Source: Myxococcota bacterium (GTDB taxonomy: Bacteria; Myxococcota_A; SURF-8). Taken from it: 64,000 nucleotides of DNA. The notes beneath the pieces are model-generated. The model was given only the letters and a program-made list of their open reading frames with translations, ran no database searches and was not told the DNA's origin. How positions within the stretch are numbered: the stretch's first letter is position 1; each line of letters starts with the position of its first letter. The position numbers and the translations under genes were made by a program. Shown here one piece after another: positions 10,189 through 21,169 of the stretch. The DNA lies in assembly GCA_963674735.2 (NCBI GenBank), contig CAXXQS010000001.1:1696001-1760000 (forward strand), read 5' to 3'.

Positions 10189-11256
10189 ATGAGGAACGTC
10201 ATGACCTATACCATCGCGATGCAACCTATGGATGCTCCGGACAACAATAACAGCCCTCTTATCTGGAAACGAACGATTCAAGAAGCCGGCCACAAGGTAC
10301 GCTATGTCAACGTGGAGCATTCCGATATTCTCGATCAACTCAAGGGCTGTCACGGCTTCATGTGGCGTCATTCGCATATGCCCAACGACAAGCAGATTGC
10401 CAATGCGTTGGTTCCCGCACTTGCTTATTATACCGATATCGAACTCTATCCCGATCTCAACACCTGCTGGCATTACGACAATAAAATCGCACAAAAATAT
10501 ATGTTCGATCTCCTGGGAATTCCTCAACCCAAAACCTGGGTGTGGTTCGACTCCAGCCTGGCGAAAGCCTTCGCGATACGGGCGAAGTATCCCATGATCA
10601 TGAAGCTTTCCGCCGGCGCAAGCTCAAGCAACGTCATCCTTATCCATTCTTTTCAGGAGGCGGAAGCCTACATCGATGAATTGTTTGGCATGGGAGTGAA
10701 GGGTCTCACGGCCGGTGGACCGGAGCGATGGTGGGAAAAGAAAATGGCTATCGATCAGCAATGGTTGCGAACAAGCGCCCGCGTGTTGATGAAACGTTTG
10801 CCGACTTACCCTCCACCGGTTGACTACAATGCTTGGGAATTTCATAAAAACTATGTCCTGTTTCAGGAATTTCTGCCAAACAACGAGCACGACTATCGCA
10901 TTTCAGTGATCGGTGACCGCGCCTTCGGTTATCGTCGTTTCAACCGCCCGGACGATTTCCGGGCCAGCGGCAGCGGCAACTTCAATACGGAACCTTCGAA
11001 AATTGATATGAGAGCAGTTAGATTGGCCTTCGACGCCACGGCCAAATTAAAGACGCAATCCTTGGCCTTTGATTTTCTCCGAAAAGGTGAGGACTTGCTG
11101 TGCCTTGAAATCAGCTACGCCTATGTAAGCTGGATGGTTCATGAATGCCCGGGTTATTGGGATCGTGACTTGAACTGGCATGAAGGCCAAATGTGGCCGG
11201 AAGAAGCACAGGCGGAAGATTTACTGGCGCGTTTGGATTCGAAATATTCTAAATAA
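10189..11256 (+). CDS. ATP-grasp (RimK-like) ligase
   Basis: YDNK, KLSAGASSSNV, FQEFLP, DYRI, DFRASGSG and AFDF..EIS motifs. Confidence 0.85.
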   Translation: MRNVMTYTIAMQPMDAPDNNNSPLIWKRTIQEAGHKVRYVNVEHSDILDQLKGCHGFMWRHSHMPNDKQIANALVPALAYYTDIELYPDLNTCWHYDNKIAQKYMFDLLGIPQPKTWVWFDSSLAKAFAIRAKYPMIMKLSAGASSSNVILIHSFQEAEAYIDELFGMGVKGLTAGGPERWWEKKMAIDQQWLRTSARVLMKRLPTYPPPVDYNAWEFHKNYVLFQEFLPNNEHDYRISVIGDRAFGYRRFNRPDDFRASGSGNFNTEPSKIDMRAVRLAFDATAKLKTQSLAFDFLRKGEDLLCLEISYAYVSWMVHECPGYWDRDLNWHEGQMWPEEAQAEDLLARLDSKYSK

Positions 11257-11295
11257 CCTGCAGGCTGCATTCGCAGAAACGAAATAGACGAAACA

Positions 11296-12573
11296 ATGCG
11301 CATCGGCTTTCTAACACCCGAGTATGTCACCGAAACGAATTCCTGCGGAGGTTTGTCCAATTATCTGGGGCGCATCACGCTTCATCTCGCCAGATCCGGA
11401 CATGAGGTGCACGTTTTTGTTTTCTCCGGTGTCGCCCAAGAGGTCTTCAACCACAATGGGGTCCTTGTCCACCGAATTCCTTGCAATGTTCCTTCTTTAG
11501 CAAACAATCGCTGGTTTCGGCGACTGGGTGCAATGGACTATCATTATGCGTTGGAAATCCTTGAAAAAAATGTCCTCGGCTGCTTGACGATCGCTCAACA
11601 ACACCGGAAAACACCGTTTGACATCATTCAGGTTCCACATATGTCCGGAATCGGAATCCTGACGACTTTGCTTGGCGGCGAAAAAGTCGTCCTCAGGGTA
11701 TCCGGATACTCCAAGGCGTGTGACCGCTTACGCGGTCATGTTGCATCAAAGCCGGATACGGCCATTACCGCATGGGCGGAGACGGTTCAATTCAATTTGG
11801 CATCCAACATTTTCTCCCCCAGCAAATTGATCAAGCATCTTCTTGAGATTGAAGAAGACATCCACAATATCGAGGTTCTCCAGACTCCGTTTTTCAATGA
11901 AGTTCAAAAGGAAGATATCTCGCTACACGAGACCTATCTGAAAGGTAAAAAATACCTACTATACTTCGGTAATTTTCAGATATATAAAGGAGTTATCGAG
12001 TTAACACAGGCGCTTTATCGAGTCATGGATGCATGTCCGGATTTGACCATGGTGTTCGCGGGAGGCGACATTCCCACTCGCGTCACCCCCTCCATGCATG
12101 ATTACATCCGCAGCAGCCTTCCCCACCTGGCCGACCGCCTATATTTGTTCGACACCATTCCCCATTCGCAACTCTACCCGATTATCAAACATGCACGAGC
12201 GGTGGTGCTTCCCTCTCTCATCGACAATATGCCCAACACTATGCTTGAAGCGATGTCCCTTGGAAAACCGGTTATCGGCACCATCGGCGCAAGCTTCGAT
12301 GAATTCATCACGGATGGTGAAAACGGTTTCCTGGTCCCCCTCGGCGATAGCGACTCATTGGCAAAAAAGCTGATCGAGGTCTGGAACCGCAGCGACTTGG
12401 ACACCATAGGCAAGAACGCGGCTGAATCCATGCTCCGAATGGCTCCGGATATCCAAGTCGACAATCTGTTGACCTACTATAAAACCATTACCGAATCCCC
12501 GAAAAGCAAGCATCGTTTCGGTCACATGGCCGTTTTGAAAGCTATTAAACTGGCGAAAAAAATGATTGCCTGA
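11296..12573 (+). CDS. Glycosyltransferase family 4 (tandem paralogue 1)
   Basis: GGLSNY and PSLIDNMPNTMLEAMSLGKPVIG motifs. Confidence 0.9.
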   Translation: MRIGFLTPEYVTETNSCGGLSNYLGRITLHLARSGHEVHVFVFSGVAQEVFNHNGVLVHRIPCNVPSLANNRWFRRLGAMDYHYALEILEKNVLGCLTIAQQHRKTPFDIIQVPHMSGIGILTTLLGGEKVVLRVSGYSKACDRLRGHVASKPDTAITAWAETVQFNLASNIFSPSKLIKHLLEIEEDIHNIEVLQTPFFNEVQKEDISLHETYLKGKKYLLYFGNFQIYKGVIELTQALYRVMDACPDLTMVFAGGDIPTRVTPSMHDYIRSSLPHLADRLYLFDTIPHSQLYPIIKHARAVVLPSLIDNMPNTMLEAMSLGKPVIGTIGASFDEFITDGENGFLVPLGDSDSLAKKLIEVWNRSDLDTIGKNAAESMLRMAPDIQVDNLLTYYKTITESPKSKHRFGHMAVLKAIKLAKKMIA

Positions 12574-13838
12574 TGCGAATCGCTTACCTTACAACCGAAT
12601 TCATCACGGAGCCGAACTTCAGTGGAGGCTTGTCGAATTATTTAGGGCGAATCACTCCATTCCTCGCAAATCTGGGACACGATGTCCACGTCATCGTCTT
12701 CACAGAAAACCCAAGCGAAATCTTTGAGTTCAACGGTGTCACGATCCATCGCATTTCCGTGATGGACTCCCAGTACCAGCGGTTCCTCAAGTTGGTTCAA
12801 AAAACATTTCCGACACTTGCATTTTGCCATGTTCTGCACATCGCCATGAATTGGCGGGCTTATCAGGTTGTCCGCAAAATACACAAAGAGCGTCCTTTCG
12901 ACATCATTCAAGTTCCGCATATGGGCGGTTACGGTATTTTCTTGGCACTTAGACTTCTTTCTCCCATTACGATGAGAGCCTCGGGCTACCAACCAGCTCT
13001 TGACCGTTGCTCGGAAGTCTCAGAGATATCTCCCTTCGATCACTCCGAATATGCCTTTACATCAACACAGTTCGGCCTGATCGACCACATTTTCGCGCCG
13101 AGTCAGCTCGTGCGTGACCTATTGATACGAGAGGAAAAGCTTCCACACGTCGAGGTAATTCGCACCCCGTTTTTCGACGAAAAGGTGGAATGGGATTATG
13201 GATCATTCGAAACTCACCTCTCCGGTAAAACCTATGCACTGTTTTTCGGTGGGCTCCAGATCTACAAGGGTGTTCTCGAAATCGTGGATGCCTTACCCGA
13301 AATATTCGATGAAGCCCCTGATTTCACGATGGTTTTCGTTGGCTCGGATCACAAAACAGCGGTCGGTGATTCGATGGAACATTACATCCGTAGCGCCTTA
13401 CCGTCCTATCAAGATCGCATCGTCATCCTCGACGCCCTGCCCCACGCGCAGCTTTTTCCGATCATCGACGGCGCGAAACTCGTCCTGATGCCGTCGCGCA
13501 TCGACAACATGCCAAACACGCTTTTGGAAGCCATGTCGCTCGGCAAACCCGTCATCGGCACCATCGGAGCCAGTTTAGACGAATTCATTACGGATGGGGA
13601 GAATGGATTCCTGGTACCGATCAACGACTCTCGGGCACTGGCCACAAAGGTAATCGAGAGCTGGAATCGTCGCGACCTCGACCGCATTGGCCAGGCCGCC
13701 AAAATGAAAATAGAAGAATTTGCTCCTGAAAAAACCGTTGAAGAGTTGTTAAGCTACTATCGGCGAGTCATTGCGGACTACCAATCAAAAAGCTCGCTTA
13801 AGCGGAAATGGTCCAAGTTTATCCAACTTATCAAGTAG
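12573..13838 (+). CDS. Glycosyltransferase family 4 (tandem paralogue 2)
   Basis: Same motifs as paralogue 1; TGATG stop/start overlap. Confidence 0.9.
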   Translation: MRIAYLTTEFITEPNFSGGLSNYLGRITPFLANLGHDVHVIVFTENPSEIFEFNGVTIHRISVMDSQYQRFLKLVQKTFPTLAFCHVLHIAMNWRAYQVVRKIHKERPFDIIQVPHMGGYGIFLALRLLSPITMRASGYQPALDRCSEVSEISPFDHSEYAFTSTQFGLIDHIFAPSQLVRDLLIREEKLPHVEVIRTPFFDEKVEWDYGSFETHLSGKTYALFFGGLQIYKGVLEIVDALPEIFDEAPDFTMVFVGSDHKTAVGDSMEHYIRSALPSYQDRIVILDALPHAQLFPIIDGAKLVLMPSRIDNMPNTLLEAMSLGKPVIGTIGASLDEFITDGENGFLVPINDSRALATKVIESWNRRDLDRIGQAAKMKIEEFAPEKTVEELLSYYRRVIADYQSKSSLKRKWSKFIQLIK

Positions 13839-13847
13839 AACTTGAGC

Positions 13848-15038
13848 ATGAAGATAGCCTACATTACGCCAGAATATGTAACTGAAAACTATTTCAGCGG
13901 AGGTTTGGCTAATTATATTTTCCGCGTCGCGTCTTACCTCGCCCAACAAGGACATTCCATCCACGTAGTAACACTGAGCAATGAGCCAAGTTCAACTTTC
14001 AAGCACAATGGGGTCACCGTTCACCGCCTAAGATCCTCATCCAAGAGTCAGACCGACGCACTTTCCGCCTTGCACCCTTACCAGCAATGGATTCGACAAT
14101 CCTTCGCTTTTACAAGCAAACTCCGCTCGATCCATCGCCGGGTGGGGCTGGATCTGGTTCAGGTTTCGCAGTATAACGCACTCGGTTTGGGGGTATTCGC
14201 GCTAAGCCCGGTTCCCGTTATCATGCGCACCTCAAGCTATCAACCCAACATCGACGAGAAGACCTTCGAGCCGCCTGAAAAGATGTCCGAACATGTAATG
14301 GTAGCTCTTGAAAAGCTTCAAATCAAAACGGCTCCACACATCATCGCCCCCAGCAATACCTTGAAGAAAATTATCCAGCGCGATTTTCCGCAGCGTTCCA
14401 TCCGCGTTATCCCCTCCCCTTTCTACATGGAAATTCAAAATACGGATCCAAGTGTTTTCGATAAACAGATCGGAAATAAGCCTTATCTTCTATATGTGGG
14501 CCGCTATCAGCTTCATAAAGGGTTTCACATCCTCTTAGACGCTCTGAAAGACATTTTTCCAGCTTGTCCTGACCTTACAGCTGTTTTTGTCGGTGAAGAC
14601 CGTCCGACCCGTCTCGGCCCCTCGATGAAACGTCTGGCCCTCGACAGCCTCCCGGCTTACCGAAATCGCCTGCTTTTCATCGAACAACTGCCACATAATC
14701 AGCTTTATCCCATCATGCAAAATGCACGCTTGATCACCCTCCCCTCCCTGTCTGACAACCTGCCAAACACGCTGCTTGAAAGTATGGCCTGTGCTAGGCC
14801 GGTAATCGGGACGATCGGGGCCAGTTTCGACGAAGTGATCACCGATGGTCAAGACGGTTTCCTTGTTCCGATGGAGGATCCAGTAGCCTTGGCAGACAAA
14901 GTCATCCAGTCCTGGAATCGTTCGGACCTCGATCGCATCGGAAGCGCCGCCCGCGATAAAATTCGCGAGTTCGCCCCTGAAAGGTCGATTGCTGAATTGC
15001 TCGACTATTATCAAGACGTCATCGACGACAAAGCCTGA
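13848..15038 (+). CDS. Glycosyltransferase family 4 (tandem paralogue 3)
   Basis: GGLANY and PSLSDNLPNTLLESMACARPVIG motifs. Confidence 0.9.
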   Translation: MKIAYITPEYVTENYFSGGLANYIFRVASYLAQQGHSIHVVTLSNEPSSTFKHNGVTVHRLRSSSKSQTDALSALHPYQQWIRQSFAFTSKLRSIHRRVGLDLVQVSQYNALGLGVFALSPVPVIMRTSSYQPNIDEKTFEPPEKMSEHVMVALEKLQIKTAPHIIAPSNTLKKIIQRDFPQRSIRVIPSPFYMEIQNTDPSVFDKQIGNKPYLLYVGRYQLHKGFHILLDALKDIFPACPDLTAVFVGEDRPTRLGPSMKRLALDSLPAYRNRLLFIEQLPHNQLYPIMQNARLITLPSLSDNLPNTLLESMACARPVIGTIGASFDEVITDGQDGFLVPMEDPVALADKVIQSWNRSDLDRIGSAARDKIREFAPERSIAELLDYYQDVIDDKA

Positions 15039-15199
15039 GAATTCTTTCGACCCCTCAATGAGTATTCATTGAGCAACCACTCAAAAGATTTGTTGCCAAT
15101 TCGCTAAGCATTCCCCATAATAGGCTCTGGAAATAGTGCAACTCGCCACGACAGATGTCGATCTTCTGAATTGATCCAAAGGAACGAACGGAGTTGAGT

Positions 15200-16600
15200 A
15201 TGCAGGCAAGACGAAAAGTGATTTTTATTCGTAATCTTATGTGGGTGCTCGTCCTGACCGGGCTTCTTTCGGTGCTAAGCCTATACATGGCTGGCTGCGG
15301 TGATTCTGAAAACGATTCAGACACGGATGGCGACAGCGAAAGCAATCCCGATGGAGACCAAGAGGACGAAGAGACGCCCTCCGATGGCGATCAGTCGGAT
15401 ACCGATGGCGATGGCGAAGAAACTCCGCTCGTCAATGTTCTACCCTTCGAGCCTGCGGGTCCCGACGCCGCCCCCGATCCGATGCAGCCGGGACCGTTTC
15501 CGGTTGGCGTCAAGACCTACGACTTCGTCGATACCAGCCGTCAACACAACGACACCGGTGAACCGCGTAAGCTGAAAGTTGAAGTCTGGTATCCGGCGGT
15601 TCAAGCGGCCAAGGATGGACCGTTTTACACCTACGATCTCAAGGCGGAAGCACTGAGCCAAGATATGGGCGATAAAGCGGAAAAAATTCAGCAATCCGAT
15701 ATCAAGGGACTTGAAACCACTTCGATCCGCGATGCGGAGATCGATCGGGAACATGCACGCTATCCGGTGGTTCTTTTCTCCCACGGAGCTTTCGGCATCC
15801 GTTGGCAGAGCACATTCTATACCATCCAATTGGCATCCCATGGTTATATCGTCATCTCAGTCGATCACGAAGAAAACACAGTCTGGGACATTATCCGCGA
15901 TGGGTATAACGCCCTTCTGGTCGCGAACTCAGCCAACAAACGTCCCGACGACATGATCTTCGTTTTGGATCGCTTCCTCGAATTCGACGCAGAAGACGAC
16001 CATTTCTTCAGTTCCACCATGGATGCGGACAACATCGGGATTTCCGGCCATAGCCTGGGCGGCTTAACGAGCATCGCCACTCCCTGCAGAGATTCGCGCA
16101 TCAAAGTCTCGGTGCCTCATTCTCCGGCGATCTACATGGGAGCGTTAATCGGCGGCTGCCACATCGATGAATACCCCGTTCCGGTTTTCGTCATGGGCGG
16201 CACTCTTGACCGCACCGTACCGTGGAAAGACCAATACTGCGAATACCGCATGATCGATGGCACCCCCAAGCATATTTACGAAGTTGTCGGAGGGGGCCAT
16301 TACACGTTCTCGGATATGTGCAAACTGGATCTGGTCGCGCTGGCTGAAGATTTCGACTTCGGCGATGCTGAGGACGCCTTACACGACGGTTGCAGCGATA
16401 CCGACAACGTTCCTTATGAAAAGGCCTGGTTGTCGATCAATCACTATGCAATCGCCTATCTGAACTACCACTTGCGCGCTTCCGAAAACTCGTGGGACTA
16501 CTTCGTAGAGAAAAGCGAAGATCCCTTCGACGTGGTGAACTTCACCGAGGGACAAATCCCGGATTGGCCGGAGGACGGTGGCTGTAATCCGGAAGACTGA
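15200..16600 (+). CDS. Alpha/beta-hydrolase lipoprotein (PAF-acetylhydrolase/dienelactone hydrolase-like)
   Basis: Lipobox AGC, acidic DGD linker, FSHG, nucleophile GHSLGG, and GGHYTF. Confidence 0.8.
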   Translation: MQARRKVIFIRNLMWVLVLTGLLSVLSLYMAGCGDSENDSDTDGDSESNPDGDQEDEETPSDGDQSDTDGDGEETPLVNVLPFEPAGPDAAPDPMQPGPFPVGVKTYDFVDTSRQHNDTGEPRKLKVEVWYPAVQAAKDGPFYTYDLKAEALSQDMGDKAEKIQQSDIKGLETTSIRDAEIDREHARYPVVLFSHGAFGIRWQSTFYTIQLASHGYIVISVDHEENTVWDIIRDGYNALLVANSANKRPDDMIFVLDRFLEFDAEDDHFFSSTMDADNIGISGHSLGGLTSIATPCRDSRIKVSVPHSPAIYMGALIGGCHIDEYPVPVFVMGGTLDRTVPWKDQYCEYRMIDGTPKHIYEVVGGGHYTFSDMCKLDLVALAEDFDFGDAEDALHDGCSDTDNVPYEKAWLSINHYAIAYLNYHLRASENSWDYFVEKSEDPFDVVNFTEGQIPDWPEDGGCNPED

Positions 16601-16664
16601 CGAATAGTCGCCCCGTCTGTCAACAGCAGGCGGGGCATGATCGAATATTTGAGGAGGACTGATC

Positions 16665-18104
16665 ATGACCGAGACTCCGTATTCCAAATTCGTGCGCAGT
16701 TGTTCTTTTACATTGGCATTCACCACCATGCTGCTTGGGATGCTGATTCTTGTCGGATGCGGTGATGACACCGATGACGAGGTACAACTCGACGGGGACA
16801 ACGAATCGGAGACGGAATCGGAAGTTGAGCAGGAAATGTCCACAGACGGCGATCAGGATGCTGATTCCGATGGTGACCCCGACGTGGAAGAAGAAGTCGA
16901 AGAAGAAGGTCCTCCCCCGGAAGTGCTTCCTTTCGAGCCGGCCGGTCCCGATGCCGCCCCCGATCCGATGAGTTGGGGTCCCTGGCCGGTGGGTGTCATG
17001 ACCATCGATTTCACCGACAACAGCCGCTTGGACCCCGATACGGGGGAACCGCGTTTCTTACGAACTGAAATCTGGTATCCCGTTAAACAAGAATATGCCG
17101 ACGGTCCGTTCTTCGTCCTCAACTTCAAAGAAGAAGCTGCCGATGCACCTCTGGGAGACAAACGGGAGGTGATCATGAACGCGGATCTGCCGAATATCGA
17201 TACCCGCTCTATCCGCGATGCAGAAATCGATATTTCCAATGGACCCTATCCCCTAGTGTTCTTCTCCCACGGGGCAAACGGCATCCGCTGGCAATCGGTG
17301 TTCCATACCATTCAGTTGGCTTCCCATGGCTATATCGTCGTTTCTCCCGATCACCAATACAATACCATCTGGGAGATTATCAGCGGTGGTTTCCAGGCGG
17401 ATAGCCTCTTAAGTTCCCTGGCGGTTCGCCCGCAGGATATGAGCTTTCTGCTGGACCGCATGGAGGAATACAACGAAGATCCGGCCAACATGTTTTTCGA
17501 TTCAATGGATATGGAAAACATCGGCGCCACCGGGCATTCTTTGGGAGGCATAACCTCGACCATCATGCCCTGCGTAGATGAACGGTTCAAAGCAGTCTCG
17601 CTTCATTCTCCCAACATCTCGGCCGGTTTGATGATGGGCAGCTGCGGTTGGGAAAACTATCCCGTTCCCTCCATCACTATGGGCGGCACCCTTGATGGAA
17701 CACTCCCTTACTGCACAATGTACTGTGATTACAAAAACTACATCACCGGTGATCAGCCGAAATACTTGTATGAATTGGTGGCGGGCGGTCACTTCACATT
17801 CTCCGACATCTGCCGTCTGGATCTTATTCAGGTGGCCGAAGAACTCGAAATGGGGAACGATGCCACCAACGCTCTGAACGACGGCTGCGCCGATTATAAT
17901 GCGCCTTTCGAAGAAGCCCAGCAAACCATCAACCACTATGCAACAGCCTTTTTCAATGCCTATCTGCGTGGATCGGATGGATCGCTTGACTACTTAATCG
18001 AGATCGCCGATGAGCCCTTCGATTCCGTCAATTTCTTTGAAGGTGATGTGCCGGACTTCTGGGAAGAAGGCGGATGTGAAGCCTGTGGAGGCTTGGGACG
18101 CTAA
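16665..18104 (+). CDS. Alpha/beta-hydrolase lipoprotein, tandem paralogue
   Basis: Lipobox VGC, VLPFEPAGPDAAPDPM shared with the upstream gene, GHSLGG, and GGHFTF. Confidence 0.8.
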   Translation: MTETPYSKFVRSCSFTLAFTTMLLGMLILVGCGDDTDDEVQLDGDNESETESEVEQEMSTDGDQDADSDGDPDVEEEVEEEGPPPEVLPFEPAGPDAAPDPMSWGPWPVGVMTIDFTDNSRLDPDTGEPRFLRTEIWYPVKQEYADGPFFVLNFKEEAADAPLGDKREVIMNADLPNIDTRSIRDAEIDISNGPYPLVFFSHGANGIRWQSVFHTIQLASHGYIVVSPDHQYNTIWEIISGGFQADSLLSSLAVRPQDMSFLLDRMEEYNEDPANMFFDSMDMENIGATGHSLGGITSTIMPCVDERFKAVSLHSPNISAGLMMGSCGWENYPVPSITMGGTLDGTLPYCTMYCDYKNYITGDQPKYLYELVAGGHFTFSDICRLDLIQVAEELEMGNDATNALNDGCADYNAPFEEAQQTINHYATAFFNAYLRGSDGSLDYLIEIADEPFDSVNFFEGDVPDFWEEGGCEACGGLGR

Positions 18105-18119
18105 CCGAACAATCCAATC

Positions 18120-18158
18120 CGAGATTCTCTTGTCACGCTCCGCGAGAATCTCGTTTTT
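18120..18158 (+). terminator. Intrinsic terminator
   Basis: Stem CGAGATTCTC/GAGAATCTCG followed by T5, between convergent genes. Confidence 0.65.
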
Positions 18159-18269
18159 CGATTCTCCGTCAATGTCAATTGTAACGGTGAGTTGTGCCCG
18201 AGCACCTGTCACAAACGATGTGGTGCCAGCGTTTGATACATCAGAGAAACTGCGAAGTCGGAGCCTTGA

Positions 18270-20999
18270 CTAATCATCCAACAAATCCCGCAATTTGACG
18301 GACAACGTGTTGGGAGTAAAGGGTTTGTGGATAAAATTCAGATTGCCATCCGCCAATCCCCGCGAACAAATCACATCATCGTCGTGGCCCGAGATAAACA
18401 GTACGCGCCCTTCCGGCACCGCATCGAGGAAAACACGTGACAAATCAACTCCGTCCAGACCCGGGAGCACAACATCGACCAACAAAAGATCAAACTTCGT
18501 CCCGTTATTTTGCAGCCGCTCGATCGCTTCTTCGGCCGTTGCACAGCTTTGAGTGCGGTACCCCAATTTTTCCAACATTTTCTCGGCCATGGAACGAACA
18601 GCCGGATCATCCTCGACCAATAAAATAAATTCGTGACCTGTTGGCATCTCCACGAGTCCAACGGCAGCATCTAGCGGTTTTTCCTGCTCACTTTTACAAG
18701 GAAGATACAAACGAATCTGATTACCCTTCTCATCCGAAATAACATCCAGACTTCCGCCATGCTGTCGGACAATGCCGTAAACCGTCGCTAATTCAAACTT
18801 GGTGGAATCAGGCTCGTTATCGCTTGAAAAATACGGTTCAAAGTATCGTTTTAGCTGCTCGGGATCGATACTTGTTCCCGTGTCGTGAAGCGTCAGGCAC
18901 ACATGATTCCCGGAATTCTGTGGCATTCCGGAAAAATCACGTACATCGTCCGATTGCACCTGTGACGTGGAGATACGCAACGTCCCGCCCTTGTTCATAC
19001 CGTCACGAGCGCGCATCACCAGATTCAAAATGGCCTGCTCGATCAACCCCGGATCCCCGAATACCGGCTCCAGGTTCTCACTCAGATCCAATCTCAATGG
19101 GATGTCCTCGAGCAACACGCGCCGCAGCATTTTTTCCATGCCCAACACAATCGTGGTGAGGTTTATCTCGCGCGATTCACTGATCGTACGACGCTTGAAT
19201 ATCAACAGTTGACGAGTTAAATCCGCGGCACGTGCTGAAGCGTCCTGCACATCAACCAGCAACTCCGTCAAGGGATCGTCCGGCTCGATATCCATCATGG
19301 CCAACGACACATTACCGGTAATCCCGGTAAGCAGATTGTTGAAATCATGAGCTACGCCGGCAGCCAACCGTCCTACCGCCTCAAGCTTTTGTGATTCGAA
19401 CAAATGCTTTTCCAAACGCTGTTTTTCACGTTCGACCTCCACGCGCGGACCGATATCGCGCACCATAATCAATTCGGCCGGAAGACCTTGATAATCGATA
19501 ATGGAACTGTTGAGCTCAACCTGACAACGCGAACCGTCACGCGCCTGTAGATATATTTCAAAAGTACCCATGTCTCGTTCGCCGGACATGTGTTTCTCGT
19601 ACAACATCTCCGTTTTTTCAAGGCTATCGATATGAAGATATCGGCTAAATGGCTGCCCGATCAACTCTTCGGCTTGATACCCAAACATCTGCCCTAATTG
19701 GGGGTTTGCAAAAACAATTCGCGCATCCTGCACAATACAGATGCCGTCCACGGCAAGTTCCACCAAGTTGCGATACTTCTGCTCGCTCTCTTCAAGTTTT
19801 CGTCGGGCCAGCTTCGCCTCTGTGGTGTTGCGGAAAATACCCAATGCGCCACAGAATTGTCCGTTAGCATCGAACTGCGGAGTGGCCGTAACCAGACAGT
19901 CGACACTCTGGCCATCAGGACGAATCACTTCCATTTCGTAAGTGGTTTTGTCCCCTTTACGGCGCAGTTTCGTCTGATTGATCGCGATCTGATAACTTTC
20001 GGGACTTAAATGGTCACGAAGATTACGTCCCACCAAAGATCCGGGTCCGACTCCGAACATCTGTTCTGCTGCTGGATTGGCAAAGGAAATCACCTCATCG
20101 GGATCAACTACCGCAACTCCTTCGCCAATGTTTTCAATCAAGGTTCGATAGCGCTCTTCGCTTTCGCGCAGAGCTGCCTCCGCCAGCTTCTGCTCATTGA
20201 TATCAGCGGCAATGACCAACGCTTTTTCGATCTCACCTTCGCGGTTTTGAATCGGCTGCAGGCAGGTTCGATACCAGCGTGATTCGCCGTCAACCATCGT
20301 CATGTTCTCGATCACACAGCCATTCATCGACTCGATCGAGGCTTTGATGCTGGAGAACTGACGATCTGCTACTTCTTGGGGGAATAGATCCCACATGGTC
20401 TTGCCAATGAGTTGATCCGGTGTGCTGTTCCTAACCCGTTTTGCCGCAACACTGTTGAGAAAGAGAAACCGCCCATCCTTATCAACAATGCTGATCGCAT
20501 CGGAACTGCTTTCCACCAATACCCGATAGCCTTCCTGGCTTTCAAACAGGGCGTCTGTTTTGGCTTCGACTTCCTTCCGTAGCCGGTCGCGATGGCGTTG
20601 AACTTCTTCCCACAAAAGTTCACTTTCACGTGTCTTCTGCTTGATCGCGGCCGCTTCAGCCACGATCTCGCAAATTTTCCGACCGGTCACCGGTTTGGCC
20701 AGGTAATCGAAGGCTCCCATCCGTACCGCTTGCACGGCGGTATCGACGGTCGGTTCACCGGTTATGATAATGACCTGAACTTCGGAATCGAATTCCCGAG
20801 CGGCTTTCAGCATATCGAGTCCGCTTTGCTTGGGTAAAACGATATCACTGATAACCACATCAAAAACCGTCGTCTGCAAGCGCGCAAAACCTTCCTCGAA
20901 GTCTTCCGCCACGACCACCTGGTGTCCGTCCCCTTCCAAAAACTCCTTCAGGGTTATACGAATTCCATTTTCATCATCGACAACCAAAACGTGTGCCAT
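18270..20999 (-). CDS. Hybrid sensor protein: REC-PAS x3-HisKA-HATPase(degenerate)-REC
   Basis: VLVVDDE receiver, three PAS repeats, H-box AHDFNNLL, and C-terminal ILLVEDD receiver. Confidence 0.9.
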   Translation of the reverse strand: MAHVLVVDDENGIRITLKEFLEGDGHQVVVAEDFEEGFARLQTTVFDVVISDIVLPKQSGLDMLKAAREFDSEVQVIIITGEPTVDTAVQAVRMGAFDYLAKPVTGRKICEIVAEAAAIKQKTRESELLWEEVQRHRDRLRKEVEAKTDALFESQEGYRVLVESSSDAISIVDKDGRFLFLNSVAAKRVRNSTPDQLIGKTMWDLFPQEVADRQFSSIKASIESMNGCVIENMTMVDGESRWYRTCLQPIQNREGEIEKALVIAADINEQKLAEAALRESEERYRTLIENIGEGVAVVDPDEVISFANPAAEQMFGVGPGSLVGRNLRDHLSPESYQIAINQTKLRRKGDKTTYEMEVIRPDGQSVDCLVTATPQFDANGQFCGALGIFRNTTEAKLARRKLEESEQKYRNLVELAVDGICIVQDARIVFANPQLGQMFGYQAEELIGQPFSRYLHIDSLEKTEMLYEKHMSGERDMGTFEIYLQARDGSRCQVELNSSIIDYQGLPAELIMVRDIGPRVEVEREKQRLEKHLFESQKLEAVGRLAAGVAHDFNNLLTGITGNVSLAMMDIEPDDPLTELLVDVQDASARAADLTRQLLIFKRRTISESREINLTTIVLGMEKMLRRVLLEDIPLRLDLSENLEPVFGDPGLIEQAILNLVMRARDGMNKGGTLRISTSQVQSDDVRDFSGMPQNSGNHVCLTLHDTGTSIDPEQLKRYFEPYFSSDNEPDSTKFELATVYGIVRQHGGSLDVISDEKGNQIRLYLPCKSEQEKPLDAAVGLVEMPTGHEFILLVEDDPAVRSMAEKMLEKLGYRTQSCATAEEAIERLQNNGTKFDLLLVDVVLPGLDGVDLSRVFLDAVPEGRVLFISGHDDDVICSRGLADGNLNFIHKPFTPNTLSVKLRDLLDD

Positions 21000-21169
21000 T
21001 GTCCCATCCTATTAGGTAACGCAACCAACAAAACTTGGTCTGCACCCCCGATTGATCAGGCATCGCCGACATAGACCAGATCTTTTTAATATTTGCATCT
21101 CACTCCAAATAAAAACATACCACATCAAACGATTTAGCCTCGCTCAAATAATCGACTTCATCTTCAAAT

